DNA of 64,000 nt, from positions 134,850,001 through 134,914,000 of the forward strand of contig NC_043000.1 in assembly GCF_006345805.1 (NCBI RefSeq), given 5' to 3'. This document shows positions 37,847-50,282 of the stretch, one piece after another. Numbering within the stretch: position 1 is the first letter of the stretch; each line of letters begins with the position of its first letter. The DNA is from Octopus sinensis (taxonomy: Eukaryota). A program made the translations under genes and the position numbers. The notes under the pieces are model-generated. The model made no database searches. It saw nothing but the letters and a program-made list of their open reading frames with translations, and had not been told where the DNA came from.

Positions 37847-38364
37847 TAAAGATGGAAATAATACAAGAATAAAAAAAAAAAAAAAAAGCTGTAGACGTTG
37901 TTCAAGGACCAACGAAAATACCCGCCAGAGAGAAAATAGCAACAAAATAGGAAATCAACAACAAAAAAATGTAGACCTGGCCATCACTCAATGAAAGCGG
38001 ACACCAAGTTAAACGGAATATTATATGCAACAACTACTGCAGTCACAAAGGAAATTGATTTCTCTTCTTGATCTACTCATATATAAGAATAGCAAAACTT
38101 AAGCAAAGCAAATATATAGGAAAAAATAAAATAGAAAACAAAAACATCTCCGCCTTTTATGAAATCAATAACAAAACGGCATATAACACGCACACTCACA
38201 CACACGTAATATACATACGCATACGCGATTGTGTAATACACACATATATGTATTGTATATATTATATATATTATATATATATATATATATTATATATATA
38301 TATATATATTATATATATTATATATATTATAATATATATGTAGGTATGTATATATATATATGGG

Positions 38365-38400
<36 letters not shown>

Positions 38401-38689
38401 GGTATGATATATACATATATGTAGGTATGTATACATATATATATATATATATATATATGTAGGTATATATATATATATATATATAGGTATGTATAATATA
38501 TGCAGGTATGTAATATATATAATATATATTATATATATATATATGTATATGTATATATATGTATATGTATATATTATGTATATGTAATGTATGTATATAT
38601 ATATATGTATGTATATATATATATATATTATATATATATATGTATGTATTTATGTATATACACGCAAAAGGAGAGACAAATACTATAGA

Positions 38690-39020
38690 AACATGGGATT
38701 AAAAAAAAACTGAATAAAGAAATATCTGAAATCAAAGAATGCCTGAAACAAGAGATTCTTGCTAAATCATAACGAATCCTTTACCGATATGAAAATCGAC
38801 AACGATTCTTTGAACCGTGCAAGCAGCACATCTCCAATCCATAACGATTTTATCAAGAACTAGGTAAAAATAAATAGAAATCAATACACCTCCAACAACA
38901 AAAGAAGGAGAAGAATTGTGGAGGGAGTAAAGACTAAAAGAATTACTACGGACATAATTATTCAAAACAACAATTATAATATAGAAATATTAAATTTCTA
39001 AATATCTCAGAGAGATATAA
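38690..39020 (+). mobile_element. Decayed RLE-type (Dong/R4-like) LINE, pre-RT region
   Basis: EIKECLKQEILAKS*RIL/RYENRQRFF...NP*RFYQELG resembles the E.LKQ.I.AK..RL.RY..R...FY..L block upstream of the RT in Dong/R4 elements; heavily decayed. Confidence 0.5.
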
Positions 39021-39035
39021 GCAGTGGTGGAACGA

Positions 39036-39423
39036 TAGAGCAGTTGTTTACTGTCAACTTAAAGTGATAGTCCCATAAAGGGAATCACACTACCGCTATT
39101 TAGCCCTAGGAAGCATCAACGCTTCCTGTGTCCTTATGTTTACAAAGGGGAGACAAGCACCCCCATCCAGCTAAGCCTGCATCCAGAGACATGTATCTTC
39201 AGCTAGCAGGCCATGCTACTCCAGACTGATGACGAGCAAATACTCAGAAACATGTCTCTGGATGCAGGCTTAGCTCGATGCTTGTCTCCCCTTTGTAAAC
39301 ATAAGGACAAAGGAAATGTGTTAAGGCCGACAAGAAGCGTTGATGCTTCCTAGGGCTAAATAGCAGTGGTGTGATTCCCTTTATGGGACTGCCACTTTAA
39401 GTTGACAGTATACAACTGCTCTA
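39036..39423. repeat. ~390-bp imperfect palindrome (foldback)
   Basis: Arms of ~160-170 bp, e.g. tagccctaggaagcatcaacgcttc / gaagcgttgatgcttcctagggcta and agctaagcctgcatccagagacatgt / acatgtctctggatgcaggcttagct. Confidence 0.95.
39220..39262 (+). ncRNA. Minimal type I hammerhead ribozyme motif (Penelope type)
   Basis: tccaga-CTGATGA-c-gag-caaata-ctc-a-GAAA-CATGTC-tctgga: 6-bp stem I, intact core, palindromic stem III ACATGT, GUC cleavage triplet at 39254-39256. Confidence 0.78.
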
Positions 39424-39599
39424 ACAATTATAATGTTTGCTTGGAAAGTAAGTCTCTCCATATTTTTGACATGGTTACTTTGAGATTACTTTTTCAATAT
39501 TTGCGGTAAAATAAACGTTAATTTTTGCATTCTAATGTTTTATGCTTTTTACTTTCCTTGTAGATTACTTTATACCCTAGTGGTTAAATTCGTTTCGAT

Positions 39600-41050
39600 T
39601 TTATCTTTTTAAAATCAGTTTAGATCAGACCCTTATCATACATTGTATTGCTGTATGAATTCAAATGGGTTTTTTCAGCAATGGAAGCGATAAGAAATAT
39701 TCGTTCTGCCTATGATAATGAAGCTTTAAGTGCCCGGATATGCTATCGATGGTTTGGTAATTTCGCTCGGGAAATTTTTCTCTCGCAAATTCCTTTCGAT
39801 TTTGAACGACAAAGTTCTGTCAATATTGAGTTTCTGAAAACTATAGTTGAGGAAAATCCAAAGCGAACTGCACGAGAATGAGCAAAACGTTTCAATTCAC
39901 ATCACACTTTGATAAAAAAAAATCTTCATCAGCTGATCTAAGCACTAGCAGAGGGTCTCTCATCATCTGACTACTTTTCAGCTTTACCGAAAAGTTGCCC
40001 TCTAGTCATCATTGAAGAGTAGGCTTACTATCGAACTTTTCCTGGTTAGTAGAATCATCGCAACTAATGGAAAGTGGGTTCTCTGCAACCATTTCAAATG
40101 AAAGCTACAGTCGTCATCACCAACTAAAAATAGTAGAATTCATCGCAAAACCAGGACTACACCCGAAAAACATGCTCTGTGTTTGATGGGATATGAATGG
40201 TGTCGTATATCGTGAGATATTAAACCAAAACGAAACAGTTAACGCAGAGAAGTTTGTTTGTTGTTTGTTTGTTCCTTCTCGATCCATGTCTGGCTCATTA
40301 GAGCCCGTTTCCCGGTTTCCTTGGCGTATAGCTTCCCCACCTGGATGGGACGCCGGTCCGTCGCAGGTATAAATGCGCCCTTTTAAAGCCTAGCCAGGCT
40401 CATGGGCCCGGTTTCCCGGTTTCTATGTCGTATGTGTTCCCCAGTCCATCGCAGCGTTACTCATTTTTGCCAGCTGAGTGGACTGGAGCAACGTGAAATG
40501 AAGTGTTTTGCTCAAGAACACAACGCGTCGCCCGGTCCAGGAATCGAAACCACAATCTTACGATCATAGTGCTGACACCCTAACCACTAAGCCACGCGCC
40601 TCCACAACGCAGAGAAGTACTGCTGTTAAATGGAAGCATTGCATTAAATTTGCAGGAAAAGCGTTCATCATTGGACATTTATAAAAGGGTGTTGTTCTTA
40701 CGCGATAATGCAAGACTATATGTTGTCCATGTCACCTAGGAAGAGATTATGGCTTTAAATGTGGAAGTTTTGCCTCATTTTCTTTATTCTTCTGACCTCG
40801 CGCCATCTTTTTAGATATTTGCTACATTATTCGGAAGGAAAACGGTTTATTAATTGTGAAGTGTTTAAAAATGACAGAGTATTTCTTTGCTTCGAAACCT
40901 GAAGAATTTTACACCCGAGGGATTAAGAATCTACCCGACTGAAGGGATTATGTTATCAATAATGAGGGGAAATATTACCTTGATTAAATATATCAATTAA
41001 AGCAGAAGCATTTGTTACCTTCCCATCTTAAAGTGCGACAGAACTTTGTA
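39600..41050 (+). mobile_element. Second mariner-family transposon, highly decayed and interrupted by a SINE
   Basis: LLYEFKW...AIRNIRSAYDNEALSARICYRWF, IIATNGKWV, FLRDNARL, VLPHFLYSSDLAPS and SKPEEFYTRGIKNLPD remnants; ends approximate. Confidence 0.8.
40254..40605 (-). mobile_element. tRNA-SINE family D (CORE-like body) with two tandem 3' tails
   Basis: gtggaggcgcgtggcttagtggttagg head and ttgtgttcttgagcaaaacactt body; 13-bp TSD aacgcagagaagt (40241-40253 and 40606-40618); (AAAC)n end. Confidence 0.9.
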
Positions 41051-41146
41051 ACTTAATAGTTAGAAAACCCGTAGGAACCATAACAATACTAGAGCTGCAA
41101 AAAGAAAAATAAACCCAACACGAAACAACAGCAACAAACAAGTATA

Positions 41147-41570
41147 GGCGCAGGAGTGGCTGTGTGGTAAGTAGCTTGCTAACCAACTACATGGTTCCGG
41201 GTTCAGTCCCACTGCGTGGCACCTTGGGCAAGTGTCTTCTGCTATAGCCTCGGGCAGACCAAAGCCTTGTGAGTGGATTTGGTAGACGAAAACTGAAAGA
41301 AGCCTGTCGTATATATGTATATATATATATAAGTGTGTGTGTATATGTTTGTGTGTCTTTGTTTGTCCCCCTAGCATTGCTTGACAACCGATGCTGGTGT
41401 GTTTACGTCCCCGTCACTTAGCGGTTCGGCAAAAGAGACCTAGTAGAATAAGTACTGGGCTTACAAAGAATAAGTCCCGGGGTCGATTTGCTCTCGACTA
41501 AAGGCGGTGCTCCAGCATGGCCGCAGTCAAATGACTGAAACAAGTAAAAGAGTAAAAGAGAGTAAAGAGT
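41147..41570 (+). mobile_element. tRNA-SINE family A, full length
   Basis: Complete head, body and tail matching the other copies. Confidence 0.92.
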
Positions 41571-42084
41571 AACTGGAGAGTACTGGGGCAGGATTAGATC
41601 CCAAACTTTTAGTTAAAATATTAATAATGCTCTTTTTTTTTTAATACATTCAATAAAATGTATACAAACGGATTTATACCAATCTATTGTATATAATTTG
41701 ACCACTCCTGACTTCGTTTTTATATGACGTTGTTCAACCCACACGTATTGTAGCGCCCGTATTTTTCTTTTCAACTTTTGATGAATATTGTGTATGAGCC
41801 CTTTGTAATAATAAAGGAGCAATTATCTTTAGTGTCATTAAAAAAAAATCATTCGTCTCTATGTCAATATTCACACTTTACTTGTTTTTGTATCGTCCCC
41901 TCCTCCATCGTCCTAATGGCAAATGAAAGAAATCATCACAATCAGCATCATCATCGTTGTCGTCGTCGTCATCATCATCATACCAGACACCTTGGTATGA
42001 GGATGACGTTCTCACTCGTAAAATGGGGTAATGGAATGGCTCCACGAGAGTAGAAGGACAGGGACATTCTGGTCACTCTCCATT

Positions 42085-42620
42085 TGAGACTGAGAATTAC
42101 CAAAGACTATGGGCAGGCGTGCGGCGAAGATGAGCGTGGTGGCTGTACCACCAGAAATAAGCATCTGGTGGCAAACAGCGGTTGTTTTGTCTGATGTAGA
42201 TGAAACAAGTATTCTTGAAATGCTCGAAATATAATAAAGAAATTGGTGAAGGCTAAAACGAGAGCTCTTGGTCTAATCGAAACAGGAAACAAAGCGAAGC
42301 AACAACCGGTATAATTGAGTTATTTGATGGAACTCAGCTATTTGTAGCGTCGAGGGGAAGAAAGCCTAGGTGCCATACATGTAACACTATTTAACCATTT
42401 AAAGGCTTTCAGCCGAGAGAGAAAATAAGGAAGAAGCAGTCTCCACCTCTACTGCCGACGCCTCAAGCACAACAGCAACAACTTCAAGAATAACAACAGC
42501 ATCGACAACATTAACAATGGCAACAACACCAACAACAGGAAGAACAGTAAAAACCGATACAACTAGTACAAAAGAAGCAACTACCAATATCAATGAAAAT
42601 TACAACTGCAACAACTTCAA
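42085..42620 (+). mobile_element. Probable L1/Tx1-type LINE ORF1 remnant
   Basis: MGRRAAKMSVVAVPPEISIWW...IELFDGTQLFVASRGRKPRCHTC..H (decayed zinc knuckle), followed by a Thr-rich linker. Confidence 0.5.
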
Positions 42621-42624
42621 CAGC

Positions 42625-42920
42625 ATCCTCCTCCTCCTCCCTCCTATCCTCCCCCTCCTCCTCCTCACATTTCCCCATCCTCCTCCACGTCTCCCCCTCC
42701 TCCTCACATTCCCCTCCTCCTCCCCTCCTCCTCCTCACATTCCCCCTCCTCCTCCGCACCGTCTCCCCCTCCTCCTCCTCACATTACCCTCCTCCTCCTC
42801 CTCCTCCCCATCATCATCGTCATCGTCATCATCGTCATCATCATCATCATCATCATCATCAGAATCATCATGACCACCACCACCACCACCTCCATCATCA
42901 TCATCATCATCATCATCAAT
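42625..42920. repeat. (CCT)n-rich minisatellite plus (CAT)n/(CCA)n
   Basis: Repeats of ccccctcctcctcctcacattcc followed by trinucleotide runs. Confidence 0.9.
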
Positions 42921-43316
42921 CCCGGCAAATTTCTCAAAGAAATTGCAGACTTCAGTACAAAAACCCACACTAAAAGAAAAACTTCTCAACAATTCCTTCA
43001 ATAACCACAGCAGGAAAACACAAACTCGAATACTCATCTCAGCCATCACAGAATCCCCGAATTAGGGGTCGGACCGAACAACGAAATCGAGTCAAGTAGT
43101 CAAACTATAGAGATCTGTAAGGGAAAGAGAGAGAGAGAGAGAGAGAAGATAAAGGTGGGACAAAACAAACTGTCCCAGGATGATATCCGGTTCATTCAAA
43201 GGGTTGGTAGATGTTCCTTCTCTGAGCACAAAAGACACCCACTATTCCACCACAGTATCATCATCATCATCATAGTTGCCGTCATCGTTACCGTCACCGT
43301 CGCCGAAGCAGCAACC

Positions 43317-43548
43317 TATTTCTTTACTGCCCACAAGGGGCTAAACACACAGGGTACAAACAAGGACAGACCAACGGATTAAGTCGATTATATCGACCCC
43401 AGTGCGTAACTGGTACTTACTTAATCGACCCCGAAAGGATGAAAGGTAAAGTCGACCTCGGCGGAATTTGAACTCGCAACGTAGCGGCAGACGAAATACC
43501 GCTAAGCATTTCGCCCGGCGTGCTAACGTTTCTGCCAGCTCGCCGCCT
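43317..43548 (-). mobile_element. tRNA-SINE family B, full length
   Basis: 16-bp TSD cgccgaagcagcaacc (43301-43316 and 43549-43564). Confidence 0.93.
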
Positions 43549-43989
43549 CGCCGAAGCAGCAACCGCCGCCGCCGCCACCACCACCACCATGTTAAACGAA
43601 AATCTCAGTCTCAATTTCAATCATGAAGGGAGATAAATCAGTCACAAAAGTAACAGCACAAAACATAGAAGGAGAAACCTTCTACATCAACTTTACTGTT
43701 CAAAATTGTACAACTAAATTGGTCAAATATAAATTAAGTTGAGGTAAACCGTTGCATGGAAAATATACAACTTCATGTTGGAGATGTGTAGCAGACCTTT
43801 TGAGCAAATTTAACCATAGCAATTACAACACCAGCATCGAACTTTTGTCTTTCGTGAGGTTCATTGAAGGATATCATCTCCTTTATCCTCACATTCTCTT
43901 CGTCTGGATTTACGCTCCCATTTTGTATCTTGGGTTCTTTTAGCAGAGTCCACAATGTTGCATGCATTCGGACCGGCTCCTCGGTTTGA

Positions 43990-44800
43990 GGATACTTTCC
44001 TCTTCTCTCCCATCGGTTTTGGAGGTCCTGTAAATGATCATGAGAACTGCTTTTCCTCTTGACTAAAAGATACAATAATAAAAAGTGGTATTGTGGTACT
44101 TGAAAGAAGTTGGTGTTAGCTTGGCCTGAAAAGAAAAGCTCTGGGATCTTTTCGGTTTGAACGGCAGTTTTTTCTAGCAGTGTCATATGAAATTGTCACC
44201 CATAATTATGACCCTAGTATCGATCTATTGCATTTCAATCTGTTTTAGGGTTAGGGTTAGTTAGGGTTAGGGGTGGGGGGAAGGGTATCTTTTTTTCTTC
44301 ACAAATGTAAATAAACCCAATCTGTTTCTTAAACGAGGGACATATTCATACGGCACAGAATGTTTTCACCTCAATAGACGTCATTGATTGGTTGAAATTG
44401 CAGAAATTGAAGGAAAAAAAACAACAACAAATATCTTACAAACTATAGAATTTTCTCAATAAAGCCAAGAGAAAAAGATGTTTTATTAACACATTCTACC
44501 AGTATACGAAGTTTAAAAGTGTTTAGTTACGTGGAAATTTTGAACTGCCGTTCAAACCGAAAAGATCCGAAAGAAGTTGGTGTTGGCTTCCGTTTTCAAA
44601 TTATTTAAACGTATCCACCATACTGCCTCCTTTGCCATAGTCACCTTGAAGAGAAAGACTATCCGTTTCTCCTTAACAAAAGAAAGCAGTGGTTCGATCC
44701 CCCAGGATAGATTTGGCTTATATCTAGATCCGTTCCGCACGTGATAGCAGCAGTTCGACATTATGAACAGTAACAGGTATCTAACAAAAATTAAACAAAA
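43990..44800 (-). mobile_element. Probable L1/Tx1-type ORF2 C-terminal remnant, interrupted by a MITE
   Basis: VFLFKVTMAKEAVWWIRLNNLKT...FFSGQANTNFFQ...LQNRW resembles the AK..IW..R...F...W C-terminus of L1/Tx1 ORF2. Confidence 0.5.
44144..44568. mobile_element. TIR element (MITE) with internal TTAGGG repeats
   Basis: Perfect 26-bp TIR ggatcttttcggtttgaacggcagtt / aactgccgttcaaaccgaaaagatcc; ttagggttagggttagttagggttagggg at ~44245-44273. Confidence 0.88.
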
Positions 44801-45116
44801 CAAGGCAATGGTTGTCTCCCTTGAGAGAAGGTGGCACAGTTTTCTTAAAGTAAAAATATGTGTAACTATAGTTAGGTGTAAAGTATCAGAATGCTTTGTT
44901 TCTATTTCTGAACGATGTTGCTTTGCCATTGTAACAGAACAGCTGATACAGCTGCAGTAATAGTAACAGGGTGCAGTAGGGGTGAGGGTGAGAACATGCA
45001 GTGTGGGTGTAAGGGGTGAGGGGTGAGGTGTAAGGTGTGAAGAACGGGTGAGTTTTCTAGTGATGTTGCTTGATCTTATGTGGTGACAGAAGGTTACCTT
45101 GAATGCATATTCATAG

Positions 45117-45506
45117 ATGTGTTGTGTGTGTGTGTGTTGTGTGTGTTGTGTGTGTGTATGCTGTGTGTATGTGTGTGAGTGTTGTGTGTGTGTGTTGTGT
45201 GTGTATGTGTGTGTTGTGTTGTGTGTTGTGTTGTGTGTGTTGTGTTGTGTGTGTGTTGTGTGTGTTGTGTGTGTTGTGTGTGCTGTGTGAGTATGTGTGT
45301 TGTGTGTCATGTGTGTGTGTTGTGTGTGTTGTGTGTGTGTGCTGTGTGTGTATGTGTGTATGTGTTGTGTGTGTGTGTCGTGTGCGTGTATGTTATGTGT
45401 TGTGCATGTTGTGTGTATGTTGTGTGTTGTGTGTGTTGTGAGGTGTGTGTGTGCTGTGTGTGTATGTGTTGTGTGTATGTTGTGTGCTGTGTGTGTGTTG
45501 TGTGTG

Positions 45507-45544
<38 letters not shown>

Positions 45545-45625
45545 GGTGTGTATGTGTATGTGTGTGTTGTGCGCGTGTCGTGTATGTGTTTGTATGTTGT
45601 GTGCTGTGTGTGCTGTGTGTTGTGT
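45117..45625. repeat. Long imperfect (GT)n/(GTTGT) array
   Basis: Directly visible; runs into a family A SINE 3' half at ~45625-45790. Confidence 0.9.
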
Positions 45626-45943
45626 CTTTGAGAACCAGTGTTACTTTGCTTACGTTCCCATACCTTAACGCTTCGGTAAAAGAGACCCTTAGAATAAATA
45701 CTAGGCTTAAAATATGAATAAGTACTGGGGTCAATTTTCTCGACCGAAGCCCGCAGTTCAATGACGGAAAGAAGTAATAGATAAAAGATATTGTTGACGT
45801 TATAGTAACTTTTGTCATGTGGGTTCGAATCCATTGGACAGCTTTCGACTTATTCTATTCAAGGGAATTTTTTTTTACTCCAATCTTTGCACGCTATCAT
45901 TAATATTTTTCCCTGCTTCGAGATCCATCGTTCCATATAATAA

Positions 45944-45997
<54 letters not shown>

Positions 45998-46034
45998 TAT
46001 ATATATAATATATAAATACATGCACATACACATG

Positions 46035-46093
<59 letters not shown>

Positions 46094-46287
46094 TATATAA
46101 TATATACATACATATATACATACATAATCACACACATTGCATATGCATATGTATGTATGTATATATATATGTATATATTCATACATGCATACATTCACAC
46201 ACACATGCATATGTATGTATTATATATATATATATATAATATATATATTATATATATACATACATACATACATGCATACACACATGC

Positions 46288-46338
<51 letters not shown>

Positions 46339-47049
46339 TTACGCATTATGTAATCTATTGGTAATAGCTCTTAACCTTTACTAGGTTTATTAATACCTGC
46401 AATAAATGCAGTTATGTGAATTCACTACATCTTGCATAAATCGCTCTCAAAGTTGCTGACAAAACCTCGTTTAGTCTGGGAATGTTGGCTCATCACAGAA
46501 TTGTCGAATTCACACAATTCACAAAATGGTTCAATGAAAGCTTCATAAAAATGTGCAACCACTCTCCATGTCAAAAAAAAAAAAAAGCAAAGGAAGAACA
46601 AACAAACACAATCAAACAAATATAAACCCTATAAGTCGCTTACTCTATGATCTTCCTGAAAAGATGCGCCCCCGTGCAAAATTTCAGCTGCTAAGACGCA
46701 TTCTGTGTCCTACCTACCCACACACCCACCTACCCACCTACCTACCTACACACCTACATACCTACCTACCTACCTACCTACCTACCTACCTACTACATAT
46801 ACACATACATACACACGTACACACATACACGGAAACATACATATACATACACACATACATGCATGCATGCATGCATACATATAAACATAATGCTTGCACG
46901 CATATATATATATATTATAATATATATATATATATCAGTTGAGGTAAACCGTTACATAATTTAATTGAAATTTAACTTTAAATCCTGTATATATGAGAAT
47001 CTGTATGAATCGAAACATTTGTGGTGATTAAAAGGCTGCCTAACCGTAC

Positions 47050-47388
47050 ATGCATAAGTACATACATGCATATCTACCTACATACATACATACATATCTA
47101 CCTGCTTACCTATCTGCCTACCTACCTACCTACCTACCTACCTACCTACCTACCTACCTACCTATCTACCTACCTAAATACACTCATACATACATGCATG
47201 CATACATACATTCATACATACATACATGCATACATACATACATTCATACATACATACATACATACATACATTCATACATACATACATACATGCATACATA
47301 CGTTCATACATACATACATACATTCATACATACATTCATACATACATACATACATACATACATTCATACATATATACATACATACATT

Positions 47389-47419
<31 letters not shown>

Positions 47420-47587
47420 GCATACATACATACATACATTCATACATACATACATACATACATACATACATACATACATACATAACATTCATACATACAT
47501 ACATACATACATACACACATACATACATACATACATACATTCATACATACATACATACGTACATACATACATACATACATACATACT
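47050..47587. repeat. (CTAC)n/(CATA)n tetranucleotide array
   Basis: Directly visible. Confidence 0.95.
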
Positions 47588-47589
47588 TA

Positions 47590-48185
47590 CAAGTTAGCCT
47601 CTTTCTCTTTCTCGAGTGTAAGATGACGACACCAGTACGCCAAACGATGCCAGTGCATGATGCTTTTGAAAGTGAGGAGAGGCCTTGCACACAACCCATC
47701 TGTTTCTCTGGACAACGATGACAGATACCTAAAAAAAAAATAACTGTTCAACATCATTGGCTGCCATCGAGTCGCAGACATCAGAATTTTCTTATTCTTA
47801 GCAAGGATTAGAAGTTACTTACACTCAGTAATGTGGCACACCATACTTATCTTCTGATTTTCATGGTTCTCTGCTGATCAAATCTTTTGTTTCTGCTCAT
47901 TGTAAAAAATGTATCAATCCACAACACAGTCGTTGTCTTTTCTGCACCGAAGTCACCAGATTGTCGATGCTTGCTGCAGGAACTACCGCTGTCTATGAGA
48001 AAAAGCATGACCAAGCATAATATTAGGTGGTCGTTGACTTCCATGTGTTCATGCACCAATTGACAGGCTTCGTTTTTCATTCTACAGGCTGTCCGATCAC
48101 CCTTCTCACTAAGCAAACTTAGTGGGGCTGCCAGTTTAGTTCGCTGACGACCCGACCATGTAACAGGATGAACTAGATTACACGT
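47590..48185 (-). mobile_element. Non-coding dispersed repeat (RTE 5'UTR-like), older copy
   Basis: Homologous to 49779-50282: catggtcgggtcgtc.gcga..taaac.ggca.ccc..., gatgttga, cctcacttt.aaaa, tgcac.ggcat; ends at (TATG)n. Confidence 0.6.
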
Positions 48186-48243
48186 TACCAGTAGTGCTCA
48201 CAAGCGACCTGACAGACAGACAGACAGACAGATAGGCAGACAG

Positions 48244-48275
<32 letters not shown>

Positions 48276-48648
48276 CACACACACACACACAAAGAGGACA
48301 TCTATGAACCATTGATAAGGAGTTTGTAAATCCTGTACCCAAGATACGCTGTCAGCTTCATACCCATTATTATTGGAGGAATATAATACACATCAACACT
48401 TCTGGAGCAAAGTATGACCGAATCCTTTAATCATACGCTACAAATGATCACGATATCTGGGACAATTAAAATCTGAAATATCATCTTAATATTTAAAGAA
48501 TGATGGGTAAAACAAGATGCTTTCTTTCACAACCTTGCTGCCAGGTAGGTGGACGACCAAACTTTACTTTAAATTAAAAAGAGAGAGGATATATTTACGT
48601 TCATGAAAATGTTGAAGCTATGACATATGTAATAAGTAGTTAGCTTAA

Positions 48649-49041
48649 GGCGGCGAGCGGGCAGAAACGTTAGCACGCCGGACGAAATGCTTAGCGGTAT
48701 TTCGTCTGCCGCTACGTTCTGAGTTCAAATTCTGCCGAGGTCGACTTTGCCTTTCATCCTTTCGGGGTCGATAAATTAAATACCAGTTACGCACTGGGGT
48801 CGATATAATCGACTTAATCCGTTTGTCTGTCCTTGTTCGTCCCCTCTGTGTTTAGCCCCTTGTGGGTAGTAAAGACAGGTATTTCGTCTGTCTTTACGTT
48901 CTGGGTTCAAATTCCGTCGTAGTCGACTTTGCCTTTTATCCTTTCGGGGTCGATGAATTAAGTACTAATTGCGTACTGGAGTCGATCTAATCGACTGGAC
49001 CCTCTCCCCAAATTTCGGGCCTTGTGCCTAGAGTAGAAAAG
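48649..49041 (+). mobile_element. Family B SINE plus a partial second B unit with a different tail
   Basis: Flanked by aataagtagttagcttaa / aataagtagttatcctaa (first 12 nt identical). Confidence 0.85.
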
Positions 49042-49778
49042 AATAAGTAGTTATCCTAAAATGTCATGAAGATATCTCAAAAGGTCCAGTTATAGTTGTA
49101 GTGTGTTTGTTGGTTTTGTTTGTTTCAGAGTACTGGACTGATCGAAGGATGACCATTTCTTCCCAGAGGTAAAAGTATGTTTACGTAGGATCAACATCGT
49201 CACGACACACACACACACCACACACACACACACACACACAAAGAAACAGCAAAAATTTCCACAATTACAGAAGCATCGATAACATTTCAAAACTAACAAG
49301 ATTGGGAGAAAAAGGCCTTCTCCCAGGCAAAGTGGTAAAGGAAGCCCAGCGTTGAGAACGGTGGAGAAAAGTTGGCGTTGGCCTGTGCTCCATAGTAAAT
49401 AAATATTCAGCAGTTACCTCCAAATATCATGAAGATACTATCTTCCAATGTGGTATGATGTTGTAAAAACAATACTCAATTTATCATATGAAGGACTGTC
49501 CGAGAATAAATATAGGGAATACTCAATAATTTCCCGTCTTGATAAATAAGTGGATTATCAGTAGAAAATTTCTATAAAAACTGCCAAGTAACCGACCTGA
49601 TATAGCTAATAAGGATAGAAAGGGGAATATTGTCCGGTTGTAGAGTCTAGCTGCTATATTGACCTGAACGTCTCTTTCAAAATCAGCGAGAAAGTGAATG
49701 TTTATGGATAACTGCTTTGAAACCAATAAATCTACTATTTTACTTGTTTGTTTGTTTGTTTGTTTGTTTGTTTGTATG

Positions 49779-50282
49779 TATGTAACCCAGTACAAACTAT
49801 TACATGGTCGGGTCGTCGGCGACTAAACCGGCAACCCCGCCAAGCTTGCCTGGTGAGGAGGTGTTTATTGGACACCCTGCGGGATGAAAAACAAAAACCT
49901 TCAAAGGCGGAGAAACACTTGAGAGTCACGGCTATCCAATAAATGTCTTAAGGCTGTATCATGCGCGGGGACATAGAAATAATCGGACTGAATACCCGAT
50001 CGCGCGGTTAAACCATTGGGAATGAAGGACTCCTAGCCTTTGTTAGGGCATCCTTCTAGGAGAAGGTAACTCCAACATAAAACCTGCGGCTCAGTGGTTA
50101 CCGATGATGTTGACTTGTTCGTCTTTTCAGATTATGGCTGCTGTTGCTTAGTGAGTGGGATTGACTCAGTGCATAGTCTTTCCTCACTTTTAAAAAAGTC
50201 TTCTTGCACAGGCATTGCACGATAACAACTTCGATTAAGCTTCGTGCAATGGCCATACTTGATAACAAGGGGGCAGCCACCA
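49779..50282 (+). mobile_element. Non-coding dispersed repeat (RTE 5'UTR-like)
   Basis: See 47590-48185; contains ggagaaggtaactcc..ataaaacct, reminiscent of RTE 5'UTRs; flanked by TATG repeats. Confidence 0.6.

Noticed and set aside
42399-43049. Pro/His/Ser/Asp-rich ORFs
   Set aside because: Trinucleotide-repeat translations inside a decayed LINE-like region.
44245-44275. Chromosome end or fusion site suggested by TTAGGG
   Set aside because: Only about four units, enclosed within a TIR element.
44552-47721. Long ORFs (up to 252 aa) rich in H/T/Y/I/C/V
   Set aside because: Translations of (CA)n, (TA)n and (TACA)n microsatellites; the same applies to similar ORFs across the window.
49779-49830. 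HDV-like ribozyme at the 5' end of the non-coding repeat
   Set aside because: P4, J4/2 and P2-like parts are suggested, but P1 and P3 cannot be assigned in either copy.
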